Assembly (NCBI GenBank): GCA_052327205.1
Contig: CM126204.1
Span: forward strand, 73,408,001 to 73,472,000
Direction of reading: 5' to 3'
DNA length: 64,000 nucleotides
From: Somniosus microcephalus
Lineage: Eukaryota
The notes beneath the pieces are model-generated. The model was not told the DNA's origin and did no database searches. It saw only the letters and a list, made by a program, of their open reading frames with translations. Below, one piece after another: positions 11,939-24,862 of the stretch (position 1 is its first letter; every line of letters begins with the position of its first letter). The translations under genes were made by a program, and so were the position numbers.

Positions 11939-12780
11939 GGGCTGGATTTTCATTCAGGGGACGTGATGGAGGCGGGACTACAACTTTTGGGGTTGTTGTC
12001 CCGCCTCCATCGAGATGTGGCCAATCCACGTGATTTTAACTTGATTGACCTTGTTGAGCCTGCACAGCAGGCTCAGCAGGCCAATTAAGGGCCACCCGGC
12101 AACAGGTGACGTCACAGACTGAAATTTCATCTGTCAAGAGGTTTTGACAGATGAAGTATCAGTGTTTCACAGCTGTTTGAAGCTGTCAAACACTGACAGT
12201 CTTACTTCTAACATGAGTCCTTCTCCACAGACTCAGTTAGAAATCTCTCCTGCACAGAAAGCTGCAGGCTGTCACTTTTGACAGATCGCAACCATTCTGC
12301 TTTCTGTGCTGGTGAGATGAGCCACTCCCGAGACCAAAAGGAAGGAAGGCTGTAAAGGTAAGTGAAGGTAATTTAAACTTCTTTAAACACTTTACACACA
12401 CCAAACACACTTACCTTTGCACTTATGCACACATCACTCACCTGAACACCGACATCTCGACCCCTCCAAGTCCTTCAACCCGACGACCCACCTCACAAAT
12501 TTGGCGTGGTTTGGAGCTGTCGGGAATTCCACACTTCAGCATTAAAAATAGGGATTAGGCTAAAAACTGCCTGTTAACTACCTGTTAACAAGCAGTTAAT
12601 TGGCACTAATCCCTTCCCACCTCGGGTAGGCGGGTCCCAGCACAGGGCGGGTACCCGCCTCCTTTGAAACTGGTATGGAGGCAGGTTGGGGGCGGGATGG
12701 GTTCGTGCCCCCCAAATTCGTGACTTTAACCCCCTGCACGCCTCCAATCCCGCCTCCACGGCCCAATGAAAATCCTGCCC
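11939..12780 (+). mobile_element. Non-autonomous TIR element family B (copy 1)
   Basis: TIR GGGCTGGATTTTCATT / AATGAAAATCCTGCCC; flanks TGT/TTT; interrupts CR1 ORF2; homologous to 49005-49805. Confidence 0.9.
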
Positions 12781-15470
12781 TTTGTGTCTGTCTTCACAGT
12801 AGAAGACACAAAGAACATACCAGAAATTGTGGGTAACCAAGGGTCTATTGAGAGTGAGGAACTTAAAGTAATTAATATTAGTAAAGAAAAAGTACTGGAG
12901 AAATTAATCGAACTAAAAGCCGACAAATCCCCTGGACTTGGTGGCCTACATGCTAAGGTTTTAAAAGAGGTGGCTGCAGAGATAGTGGATCCATTGGCTT
13001 TGATCTTCCAGAATTCCCTAGCCTCTAGAATGGTCCCCGTGGATTGGATAGTAGCAAATGTAACCCTGCTGTTCAAGAAAGGAGGGAGAGAGAAAACAGG
13101 GAACTATAAGCCTGACATTAGTAGTAGGGAAAATGCGAGAATCTATTAATAAGGATGTGGTTACAGGGCACAATATGATTAAGCAGAGTCAACACAGTTT
13201 TATGAAAGGGAAATCATGTTTAACTAATATTAGAGTCTTTTGAGGATGTAACTAGCAGGGTAGATAAGTTGATGTAGTATATTTGGATTTTCAGAAGGCA
13301 TGCGATAAGGTGCCACACAATATTAGGCTCATGGGATTGGGGGTGATATATTAGCATGGATTGAGGATTGGTTAACGGACAGAAAACAGAGAGTAGGAAT
13401 AAACGGGTCATGTTCGAGATAGCAGGATGTAACTAGTAGAGTGCTGCAAGGATCAGTGCTTGGGCCTCAGCTATTTACAGTCTATTTCAATGACTTAGAT
13501 GAGGGGACTGAGTGTAATATATCCAAATTTGCTGATGATAACAAAGCTAGGAGGGAATGTAAGCTGTGAGGAGGATGTAAAGAGGCTGCAAAGGGATATA
13601 GACCAGTTAAGTGATGGGGCAAGAAGGTAGCAGGTGGAGTATAATGTGGGAAAGTGGGAAATTATCCACTTTGGTAGGAAGAATGGAAAAGCAGAATATT
13701 TTTTAAAAGGTGAGAGACTGGTAAATGTTGAGATTCAGAGGGATTTGGGTGTCCTTATACACGAATCACAGAAAGGGATGAGGTCCTGCAGGCAGAGCTT
13801 AGGGAGCTAGGAAAGAGGTTAAAAAGCAGGACCTCGAAGATAGTAATCTCTGGATTACCACCAGTGCCACGTGCTAGTGAGTTCAGAAATAGGAAGATAG
13901 AGCAGATGAATGCGTGGCTGGAGAGATGGTGTAGAAGGGAGGGCTTTAGATTCCTGAGGAATTGGAACCGTTTCTGGGGGAGGTGAGACCTCTGCAAGCC
14001 AGACGGGTTGCACCTCAACGGGAATGGGACCAATATCCTCGCGAGAGGGTTTGCTAGTGCTGTTGGGGAGGGTTTAAACTAGCTTGGCAGGGGGATGGGA
14101 GCCTAAGTATAGAATCAATAGGGAGGGAAGAAAAACTGGAATTGGAAAACAAAAACGTAGAAAGTCAATTGGAAGGACAGAGGAATCAAGGGCTAGATAG
14201 TAGTCAACAAGGAGGTTTGCCTGTACTAAATGGTATATACTTCAATGCAAGGGGTATAGCGAACAAGGCAGATGAGCTGAGGGCACAGGTAGATACTTGG
14301 GACTATGATATTGTAGCTATTACAGAAACGTGGTTGAATGAAGGGCAGGTATGGCAGCTCAACATTCCTGGTTACAGGATTTTCAGACGGGATAGAGAGG
14401 ATGATCTGTTGGAGGGATAATCAAACGAGACCATATGGGTCGAATTGAAAAACAAAAAAGGGGCGATCACAATGCTGGGAGTGTACTAGAGACCCCCAAA
14501 CAGTGAGAGGGAGATAGAAGAACAAATATGTAGACAAATCTCTGAGAAGTGCAAAAAATATAGGGCAGTAATAGTAGTGGATTTCAACTACCCCAATATT
14601 AACTGGGATAAAATTTGTGTGCAGGTTATAGAAGATGCGGAATTCCTAAAATGCATCCAGGAGAACTTTTTTAGCCAGTATGTAGCAAGCCCAACAAGGG
14701 AGGGGATGGTTCTGGACTTAGTTTTAGGGAATTAAGCTGGGCAGGTTTAAGGCGCATCAGTGGGGGAGCATTTTGGTGCTAGTGACCATAATTCTGTTAG
14801 ATTTAAGGTAGTTATGGAAAAGGACAAGGATAGACCAGGAATAAAAATTCTAAATTGGGGAAAAGCAAATTTTGCTAAGCTCAGAGGGAATTTAGCCATA
14901 GTGGACTGGAAACAGCTACTTGAAGGTAAATTAGTGTCAGAGCAGTGGGAGGCATTTAAGGAGGAGATCCGGAGGGTTCAGACCAAACATGTGCCCTTAA
15001 AGAAAAAAGGTGGGACTAACAAATCTAGAGCCCCCTGGATGTCTAGGTACATGCGGGTTGGATAATGGAAAAAATGGAGGCGTATGACAGATACCGAGGG
15101 CAAAATGCTCCGGAATCTTGAGAGGAGTATAGAAGGTGCAGGGGTGCAATTAAAAATGATATTAGGAAAGCAAAGAGAGAGCATGAAAAATTCTTGGCAA
15201 GTAAAATCAAGCAAAACCCAGAGATGTTTTATAAATATATTAAGAGTAAGAGGATAACTAAAGAAAGGGTAGGGCCTATTAAAGATCACGAGGATAATCT
15301 GTGTGTGGAGGCGGGAGACGTCGGTAGGGTTCTTAATGAATACTTTACGTCTGTTTTCACAAAAGAGGGGTGAAGCAGACATTGCTATGGGGGGGAGGAG
15401 TGTGAAATATTAGATGAAATATACATAGTAAGAGAGGATAAATCCCCAGGCCCGGATAAAATGTATCCCA

Positions 15471-16517
15471 TAGAAACATACATAGAAATACAGAAGATAG
15501 GAGCAGGAGTAGGCCATTCGGCTCCTCGAGCCTGCTCCTCCATTCGATGAGATCATGGCTGATCATCCAAACTCAGTAACCCGTACCTGCCTTCTCCCCA
15601 TATCCCTTGATACCTTTTGCTCTAAGAAATATATCTAACTCCTTCTTGAATATATTTAAAGACTTGGCCTCAACCGCCTTCTGTGGTAGAGAATTCCACA
15701 GGTTCACCACTCTCTGGGTGAAGAAATTCTTCCTCATCTCTGTCCTAAATGGCTTACCCCTTATCCTTAGACTATGACCCCTGGTTCTGGACTCTCCGAC
15801 CATCGGGAACATTCTACCTGCATCTAGTTTGTCCAGACCTGTCAGAATTTTATAAGTTTCGATGAGATCCCCTCTCATTCTTCTAAACTCCAGCGAGTAT
15901 AAGCCTAATCGACCCAATCTCTCCTCATACATCATTCCTGCCATCCCAGGGATCAGCCTTGTGAATCTTCACTGAACTCCTTCCATGGCAAGAACATCCT
16001 TCCTCAGATAAGGTGACCAAAACTGCACACAGTACTCAAGGTGTGGTCTCACCAAGGCCCTGTACAACTGCAGCAGGACATCCTTGCTCCTGTACTCAAA
16101 CCCTTTTGCTATGAAGGCCACCATACCATTTGCCTTCTTCACCACCTGCTGCACCTGCATGCTTACCTTCAGCGACTGGTGCACAAGGACACCCAGGTCT
16201 TGTTGCACTTCCCCTTCTCCCAATCTATTGCCATTTAGATAATAGTCTGCCTTTCTGTTTTTGACACCAAAGTGGATAACCTCGCATTTATCCACGTTAT
16301 ATTGCATCTGCCACGCTTCTGCCCAATCACCCAACCTGTCCAAATCATCCTGGAGTTTCTCGGTATCCTCCTCGCAGCACACACGCCCACCCAGCTTTGT
16401 GTCGTCTGCAAACTTGGAGATATTACATCTAGTTCCCTTATCTAGATCATTAATGTATAATGTGAATAGCTGGGGTCCAAGGACCGATCCCTGCGGTACC
16501 CCACTAGTCACTGCTTG
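15471..16517 (-). mobile_element. CR1 3' fragment inserted antisense in CR1
   Basis: ORFs 15573-15944 and 15969-16538; host ATGTATCCCA|GGCTG rejoined when removed. Confidence 0.93.
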
Positions 16518-17127
16518 CCAGGCTGTTAAGTGAAACAAAAGAGGAAATAGCAGAGGCCCTGACCATCATTTTTCAATCCTCTCTGGCTTCAGGTATGGTG
16601 CGGGAGGACTGGAGGACTGCTAATGTGGTACCCTTGTTTAAAAAGGGAGGAAAGGATAGACCGAGTAATTACAGGCCAGTCAGCCTAACCTCGGTGGTGG
16701 GAAAATTATTAGAAAGAATTCTGAAGGACAGGATAAATCTTCATTTAGAAAGACACGGATTAATCAAGAATAGTCAGCATGGATTTGTTAAGGGAAGGTC
16801 ATGTCTGACAAACTTGATTGAATTTTTTGAGAAGGTAACAAGGAGGGTAGATGCGGGTAGTGCATTTGATGTTGTGTATATGGACTTTAGCAAGGATTTT
16901 GATAAGGTTCCACATGGCAGACTGGTCATGAAGTTAAAAGCCCACGGGATCCAGGGCAAAGTGTCAAATTGGACTCAAAACTGGCTCGGAGACAGGAAGC
17001 AGAGGGTAATGGTTGATGGGTGTTTTTATGAATGGAAGGCTGTTTCCAGTGGGGTTCCGCAGGGCTCAGTGCTAGGTCCCTTGCTTTTTGTGTTATATAT
17101 CAATGATCTTGACTTGAATATAGGGGG

Positions 17128-17355
17128 TGTTATAAATCTCATCATCAAGAAACTACTTATGAAATAACGCTGGACGGCTAGCTGGTGGCACTCGTCCAAG
17201 GAGTATAAATATTCGGGTGTCAGCCCCAGCTTTGCAGGGACATTTTGTAAGACAAGGAGCTAGTGAAATACAACTAGACTTCTATGTTCTAAAACAAGTT
17301 GATTAAAGCCTTGCTTTATGCTCAAACCAAGTGTGTAGTGAGTTTTATTACGTCA
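17128..17355 (+). repeat. 5' LTR of G2 (228 bp)
   Basis: Direct repeat of 22650-22876; about 16 substitutions plus 1 indel by eye; TATAAATA near 17205. Confidence 0.95.
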
Positions 17356-17457
17356 ATTTAATCAACTTGATATCGACTCCACGCTTTGGGTGATTTCGGG
17401 AACAGCCAGCTACGATTCGAACCGTAGAAGGGAACTCAGACAAGTAATTGATCCATC

Positions 17458-20400
17458 ATGGAGAAACTACTCAGCCCCGCCCGTCTCAACCTGGACCCGA
17501 ATTCACTTACAGTTGCTAACTGGTATCGTACTTTCAGCAACTTCCTCAGGGTGTGTGGTGAAAATGTTCCTGATAAATTAGAGATACTTGCTAATTATGT
17601 ATCCCCTCATGTGTTTGATTATATCGAAGACTGTGTAGACTATGACACCGCTATCCAAATACTACAGCAGCTATATTTCAAGTCCCCAAATGAAATTTTT
17701 GCTCAGCATCTACTGGCCACAACTCGACAACAACCCGGGGAATCACTTGACAAATTCCTTCAGAAACTTCGTAGGCTCAGCAAGGATTGTAATCTTAAAG
17801 CTGTTACAGCTGAGCAGTACCAGGAGGAGTTAATTCGTGATTCCTTTATTAATAGGATTGCGTCTCTCTTCATACGTCAGCGTCTGTTGGAGAATAAAAC
17901 CCTCAAGTTACCGGCTGCCTATGACCAGGCATGTTCTCTGGACTTAGCAAAGAGGAATGCAGATACCTATCTTTCACCACGTGCATGGGCTGCTGCTATC
18001 ACTTATAGTGACTCCTTCGATAGGCCTCGGGCGGAAGCCCTCATGGATGACGACTCCAACCTGGCTGATGGCAACCCTACCCTAAAACCCTACACTGATG
18101 ACGACCCCGCCCTAGCGGCATCTTGGCAATCCGGAAGGAAGTGTTTCTTCTGTGGAGGTGCGTTCCATTATAGGAAATTTTGTCCTGCTCGTAACGCAAC
18201 CTGCAATCATTGCAGCAAGAAAGGTCACTTTTCTAAGGTATGCCAGTCAAGAGCCACTGTTAGTAAGAAAGGCCACTTTTCTAAGGTATACCGGTCGAGA
18301 GCTCCTGTTAGTTTTGTAGCTACTATCTATAAAACTGCTCCTCCCCCAAGAACCACTACTAAGGTTACAGCTGTCAAGGGTAAAACTGCCCCTCCTCCCA
18401 TCACAGCTGTTTTTCCCCAAAGTCTGTCCCATGCAGCCACGATCATTTCGGTAAATGGACACATTTTGAGTGCACTAATCGACTCATGCAGCTCTGACAG
18501 CCTCATTAGTGAGCGGGCTGTCAGTAAGTTAAAACTGCGTATTTACCCCTCGGACAGGGAAATTGCAATGGCTCTGACGACACTGACCACCAATTCTTCT
18601 GGCTTTTGTCTTGTCGACCTTATCCTCAATGGCCGCACTTATTTCTCCACCCGGCTCAGGGTGCTCAAAAACCTATGCAGTGATGTGCTCCTGGGACAGG
18701 ATTTCCAGAAACAACACAAAAGACTCACTTTTGAGTTTGGAGGGTGAAAGCCAGAGCTTACTATTTCCAAAGTACCGTTTTGTGCATTTTTGGCGGCTTC
18801 GCTCGACGAGCCCTCCTTGTTTGCCAATCTTTCCCCCCGATGTAAGCCCATAGTCACTAAATCACGATGTTTCAGCCAAGATGATCGAGCCTTTATCGAG
18901 GCAGAAATCTCTCGCCTTCTAGCTGACGGTATCATTGAGCCATGTTCATCTTCCTGGTGGGCTCAAGTCGTCATTGTTAAAAATCCTCTGAAGCAACACA
19001 AGAAATGCCTTTGCATCGATTACTCACAAACTATTAACCAGCATACTGACCTGGATGCCTACCCACTACCACGCATCGATGACATGGTCAATAACCTTGC
19101 CAACTACAAGGTATTTTCAACTTTTGATTTAAAGAGCGCATATCATCAAGTACCGTTAAAGGACTCTGACAAAAAGTATACAGCCTTTGAGGCCAATGGT
19201 CGGCTTTACCAGTTTTGTCGCCTTCCATTTGGGGTCACCAATGGGGTGGCCGTCTTTCAACGGGCAATGGATAGCCTAGTCAAACAGGAGAACCTAATGG
19301 ACACTTTTCCATATCTGGATAATATCACCATTGCTGGTCATGACCAGAAGGCGCATGATGCCAACTTCCAGAAATTTTTTGACGTTCTCCGTCGTCGCAA
19401 CTTCACCTTAAATGAGTCCAAATCTATGAAATCAGTCAACATCCTTGGCTACTGGTTGGGCAACGGTGTCATCAAACCGGATCCTGTAGGGGGCCATCTT
19501 TTACCTGGTTTATGGTAATTTACCTTCCTCTACCTGGTTTACGGTAATTTACCTGGTCAAGCAGCCTTTGTTTCCACTGCACTGTGACCAATACCAATCA
19601 GCAGGTTCGAATCGCTAAACTCACCCTTCCAGTTCTGACTGGAGGAACTTATAATTAATGATATATTAAAAACGGAGAAATGGTTTGGATGCAAAAAAGT
19701 CAAACTTTATTAACTAAATAAACTACACCACACGATCAATGTAATCACGGTAAAATTGCTTAGATAGGGGAGGAAAAATGGGCATAACGAGGGAAAACGA
19801 CTAAAATGACAATTCTAATGAAATCCCACTTTACTCCCCACCCCTATGCCTATCCTAAATTGCCTTGTGGAAGGCCAGAAAAATATATGCTCACCACTGC
19901 AGTGCCAGCTCCGTGTCCCACGAGATCTTCACTGTCCTGAAGTAAAGAAACACCCCAGTGTTTTAAAAGTAAACTGCTGGTGTTCTTACTTCTTCAGACA
20001 GACTCCCATGCTGTAGAGGGCACATGGAGGCAAGCCAGAGAGAGAGAGATGCCTCTGAGAAGCTATCTCTTATACTCCAATTTTGGGGCCCAAATGTTCC
20101 CGCCCAGATCCGGAAGTTTCTGGGCTAAAACGAAAGGGATCCAACTGTCCCCATTGTCCAGTAATGGGTGATTCAAACCCATTCAATTTTAAACTGTTCC
20201 TCTTCTCAGTTTAAGTGTCTCTTCTGTGATAGCTGCAGTTTTGAATGTGTCTTCATTCATCCTGATGGGTTTGAATGGAGTTGTATTACTATGTAAACAG
20301 AAACCCATTGTCTGTGGTCAACTGAGACTGCAGTCGCAAGTGGTTACTCCTTGTGCAAACATCCTTGTAGCAGTTTCTGTAAACAAATCGATTGTCTCTG

Positions 20401-22608
20401 CAGGGAGGGGCTTTCCGAACTGCCTTTGATTGGCAGATTCAAACGGGCTACTCCCCAGTGTAAACAAACAGCTTGTAGGTTACCTGACCCACCCAATACC
20501 ACAGGGTGATTGACAGCTCGGGCTCCATTCAAATGCTAATGGCCTGTCTGTCTTTTTTCCTGCTGAAAATTCTGTTTCCATGAGGTTCAAAACTCAAGAG
20601 TACATCCTTTTCTTTAATAAAATGTACTATCTTAAAGTGTGCGATTTTTACAAAGTCCTTTGATTCCAGTGTCCAAGTGCTGCTTAGCTCATGGGCTCCT
20701 TAACGCAGCCTTTTGCAGTTCTGGGCATGTTTTAAAACATTGTCCAACCCAGAGACAATTTAAATCACACAAAGTCTTCGTCCACGATGTGGATTAATAT
20801 TTCCTGATCTTCGGGAGCTGAGGGGATTTTGCGATCCCCTACAATTCGGAGCGACTTCGTCCGCTTCAGGAGCTCCCTCCCCCTATGAATCTCGGCTCTC
20901 TTCGTTGGGCACTCGGCATGTTCGCCTATTATGCGAAGTGGATACCCCACTTCTCCGACAAGATCCAGCCCCTGCTTCACGCTAAGTAATTTCCATTGGA
21001 GGGAACGGCTATTTCAGCTTTCAACCTCCTCAAGCGACAACTGGAAAAAGCCATGCTTCGTTCCATTGATGAAAACCTTCCTTTAGTGGTCGAGTGCGAT
21101 GCATCGGATGTGGCGATCTCTGCTACCTTGAATCGAGGTGGTCGACCCGTTGCATTTCTGTCCAGAACTTTGCAGGGTAGCGAGCTCCATTATCCTCCTG
21201 TCGAGAAGGAGGCTACGGCCATCATTGAAGCGGTACGTAAATGGAGTCATTTTCTCACTCATCGGCATTTCACACTTATAACGGATCAGCGCTCCGTGGC
21301 CTTTATGCTGGATAACCGGAAATGCACTAAGATCAAGAATAACAAAATACAACTCTGGAGGATGGAATTGGCTGCCTTTGGATACACCATACATTATCGA
21401 CCCGGCAAAGAGAATGTGGCCCCGGATACCCTCACGCGGGTATTCTGCTCTTCTATGTCAACTTCGACTCTGGCGGATCTTCATACTGACTTATGCCATC
21501 CTGGCGTTACCCGTATGTTGCACTTTGTGCGATCTAAAAATCTCCCATTTTCTAAGGAAGATGTGAAAAGAACGTGCTCCTCCTGTAAAATTTGTGCGGA
21601 GTTAAAACCGCAATTCTTCCGTCCATCGGATGGCTCGCTCATACACGCTATGCAGCCTATGCAGCGACTCAGCATTGACTTTAAAGGGCCATTGCCTTCC
21701 TCAACGCGGAACACCTACTTACTGATTATGGTGGACGAATATTCATCCACTCTGATCGGGGTCCCTCCTTCATGTCAAGCGAATTCAAAAGATATCTCTC
21801 CCAACGGGGAATCGCCACAAGTAAAACGACACCGTACCATCCCATTGGTAACGGACAGGTTGAGAGATACAACGCTATCATTTGGAATGCTGTTCGTCTT
21901 GCGCTGAGGTCACGCGATCTACCAGACCAGCAGTGGGAAACTATGCTCACTGACGCGTTGCATTCCATCAGGTCTCTCCTTTCTACTTCTACCAATGTCA
22001 CACCTCATGAGTGATTCTTCAGCTTCCAGCGATGCTCCACCCATGGGACGTCTCTACCATCATGGTTAGCAACTCCTGGCCCCGTGCTGCTCCGAAGATT
22101 CGTCCGATTGTCTAAAACCGATCCTCTTGTCGATGAGGCAGAACTCATGGACGTCAACCCCACGTACACACACGTGCGGTACCCGGATGGCCGGGAGTCC
22201 ACCGTTTCGCTCCGGGACCTGGCTCCCTGTCCGGCCAGTTCCGCGGACCCAACTGATGGAGGGACCCGCGGGGATGATTGCCAACACTCTGCGCTCCTAC
22301 CTGGCACATCGAGGGATCTGCCGGCTGCCCCGCCGGATCCGCTCGGGGCAGCCACCCCGGGCCAGGACGCCGGTCAATCCCCGGCTAACCAACGGGACGA
22401 AGCCAGTTCTGCGCCTGTGGGGACCAGCACCCGGAGTCACGATCTCCCCAGCCTCCCTCGGGTCGATCAGAGCAACACGGGCCCTGTCGATCCACCGGTA
22501 CGGATCAAGCGGTCCAGGGACCAAGACACGGTCCGGGGAGACGTGCCTTCTGGCCATAAACAAAAATCTAAAAGACTGCGGCTATTCGTGGTCCGCCTAA
22601 TCCGTTAA
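17458..22608 (+). pseudogene. G2 gag-pol polyprotein, disrupted (stops, solo-LTR insertion, integrase-core deletion)
   Basis: CCHC knuckles, ALIDSC protease, DLKSAYHQ/PFG/YLDN RT, CDAS..EKEA..TDQ RNase H, HHCC and IDFKG integrase; jump from VDEYS to IHSDRG near 21745. Confidence 0.92.
19485..20843 (-). mobile_element. Long solo LTR (1359 bp) inserted in G2 pol
   Basis: TGTAGGGG...CCCCTACA termini; 4-bp TSD ATCC/ATTC; pol resumes KPD|PERLRPL; orientation inferred only from minus-strand AATAAA near 19706. Confidence 0.85.
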
Positions 22609-22649
22609 GCAGAAGTCGTCGGACTTCCAAATCTTTTAGGCAGGAAGAA

Positions 22650-22876
22650 TGTTATAAATCTCATCATCAAGAAACTACTTATGAAATAATGCTGGATGAC
22701 CAGCTGGTGGCGCCGTCCAAGGAGTATAAATACTCGGGTGTCGGCCCCAGCTTTCCAATGACATTTTGTAAGACAAGGAGCTAGTGAAATACAACTCGAC
22801 CTCCATGTTCTGAAACAAGTTGATTAGAGCCTTGCTTTATGCTCAAACCAAGTGCGTAGTGAGTTTTATTACGTCA
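22650..22876 (+). repeat. 3' LTR of G2 (227 bp)
   Basis: Direct repeat of 17128-17355, preceded by a polypurine tract. Confidence 0.95.
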
Positions 22877-23141
22877 GGGGGTATGATTAAGAAGTTTGCA
22901 GATGATACTAAAATCGGCTGTCTGGTTGATAATGAAGAAGGATGCTGTAGACTGCAGGAAGATATCAATAAATTGGTCAGGTGGGCAGAACAGTGGCAAA
23001 TGGAATTCAATCCGGAGAAGTGTGAGGTAATGCATTTGGGGAGGGCTAACAAGGAAAGGGAATACACGTTAAATGGTAGGACACTGAGTAGTGTAGAGGA
23101 ACAAGCGGACCTTGGAGTGCATGTCCACAGATCCCTGAAGG

Positions 23142-24033
23142 ACCAGGAAGCTCCAGAGCGATTTGGACAGACTGGGCGATTGGGCGGATAAATGGCAGAT
23201 GCACTATAATGTGGACAAGTGCGAAGTTATCCACCTTGGGTGCAGGAACGGGAGGGCAAATTATTATTTAAATGGCAATAGATTGGGAGAGGGGGAAGTA
23301 CAGAGAGACCTGGGTGTTCTTGTACACCAGTCACTGAAGGCGAGCATGCAGGTGCAACAGGCGGTCAAGAAGGCAAACGGTATGCTGGCCTTCATAGCAA
23401 AAGGGTTAGAATACAGGAACAGGGATACCTTGCTGCAGCTGTACAGGGCACTGGTGAGACCACACCTCGAGTACTGTGTACAGTTTTGGTCGCCTCATCT
23501 GAGGAAGGATGTTCTTGCCATGGAGGGGGTGCAGCGGCGATTCACCAGGCTGATACCAGGAATGGCGGGAATGACCTATGAGGAGAGACTATGTAGTTTA
23601 GGGATGTACACACTGGAGTTTAGAAGATTGAGAGGGGACCTCATAGAAGTGTATAAAATTCTGACAGGTCTAGACAGACTGGATGCAGAAGGAATGTTTC
23701 CCTTGGCGGGTGAGAACAGAACTAGAGGACATAATTTAAGGATAAGGGCTAAACCATTTAGGACAGAGATGAGGGGGAATTTCTTCACTCAGAGAGTGGT
23801 GAACCTGTGGAACTCATTGCCACAGAGGGCAGTGTACGCCAGCTCATTAAATATATTTAAGAGGGAATTAGATATATTTCTACGGGCAAAAGGGGTTAAG
23901 GGTTACGGAGAGAAGGCGGGGACGGGATACTGAATTAAAGGATCAGCCATGATCTCATCGAATGGCGGAGCAGGCACGAAGGGCCGAATGGCCTACTCCT
24001 GCTCCTATCTTCTATGTATCTATGTATCTATGT
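23142..24033 (+). mobile_element. Young CR1 3' fragment
   Basis: Open ORF 23163-23933; (TATCTATG)n tail; TSD AAGG/AAGG. Confidence 0.93.
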
Positions 24034-24322
24034 AAGGTAGTAGGCCAAATAGATAAGGTGGTTAAGAAGGCATACGGAATGCTTGCCTTTATTAGCAGTG
24101 GCATAGAATAGAAAAGCAGGGGGGTTATGCTTCAACTGTATAAAACACTGGTTAGGCCTCAACTAGAGTACTGTGTGCAGTTCTGGTCACCACATTATAG
24201 GAAAGATGTGATTGCACTAGAGAGGGTACAGAGGAGATTTACAAGGATGTTGCCGGGAGTAGAGAATCTTAGCTATGAGGAAAAACTGGATAGGCTGGGC
24301 CTGTTTTCCTTGGAACAGAGGA

Positions 24323-24862
24323 ACCAGTTTTGGTTTCCATATTTAAGAAAAGATATACTTGCTTTCGAGGCGGTTCAGAGAAGGTTCACTCGGTTGATTC
24401 CGGAGATGAGGGGGTTGACGTATGAGGAAAGGTTGGGACTCTACTCATTGGAGTTCAGAAGAATGAGAGGCGATCATATCGAAACATTTAAGATTGTGAG
24501 GGGGCTTGATCGGGTGGATGCGGGGAGGATGTTTCCACTGATGGGTGAGACTAGAACTAGGGGGCATAATCTAAGAATAAGGGGCTGCCCTTTCAAAACT
24601 GAGATGAGGAGAAACTTCTTCACTCAGAGGGTAGTAAATCTATGGAATTTGCTACCCCAGAGAGCTGCGGAAGCTGCAACATTAAATAAATTTAAAATGG
24701 AGATAGACAGTTTCCTAGTAGATAAGGGAATTAGGGGTTACAGGGAGAGGGCAGGGAAGTGGACGTGAGTCTAGATTCGGATCAGCCATGATCCTATTGA
24801 ATGGCAGAGCAGGCCCGAGGGGCCGTATGGCCTACTCCTGCTCCTACTTCTTATGTTCTTAT
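24323..24862 (+). mobile_element. CR1 3' fragment nested in CR1
   Basis: Second QFW..Y.KD...QRRFTR block inside ORF 24127-24768; own 3' tail. Confidence 0.9.

Larger units (their letters stand above)
17128..22876 (+). mobile_element. Full-length decayed Gypsy/Ty3 LTR retrotransposon, family G2
   Basis: Two TG...CA LTRs, TSD GGGGG/GGGGG, PPT AGGCAGGAAGAA at 22638-22649, gag-PR-RT-RH-IN order. Confidence 0.96.

Noticed and set aside
11456-12088. 210-aa ORF as a host gene
   Set aside because: Chimera of flank, CR1 ORF2 and the TIR element start
22230-22608. env-like or chromodomain extension after the G2 integrase
   Set aside because: Low-complexity Pro/Ser/Asp-rich tail; no signal peptide, TM segment or chromodomain pattern seen
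24127-24768. CR1 protein with a duplicated C-terminal domain
   Set aside because: Chance in-frame insertion of one CR1 3' end into another
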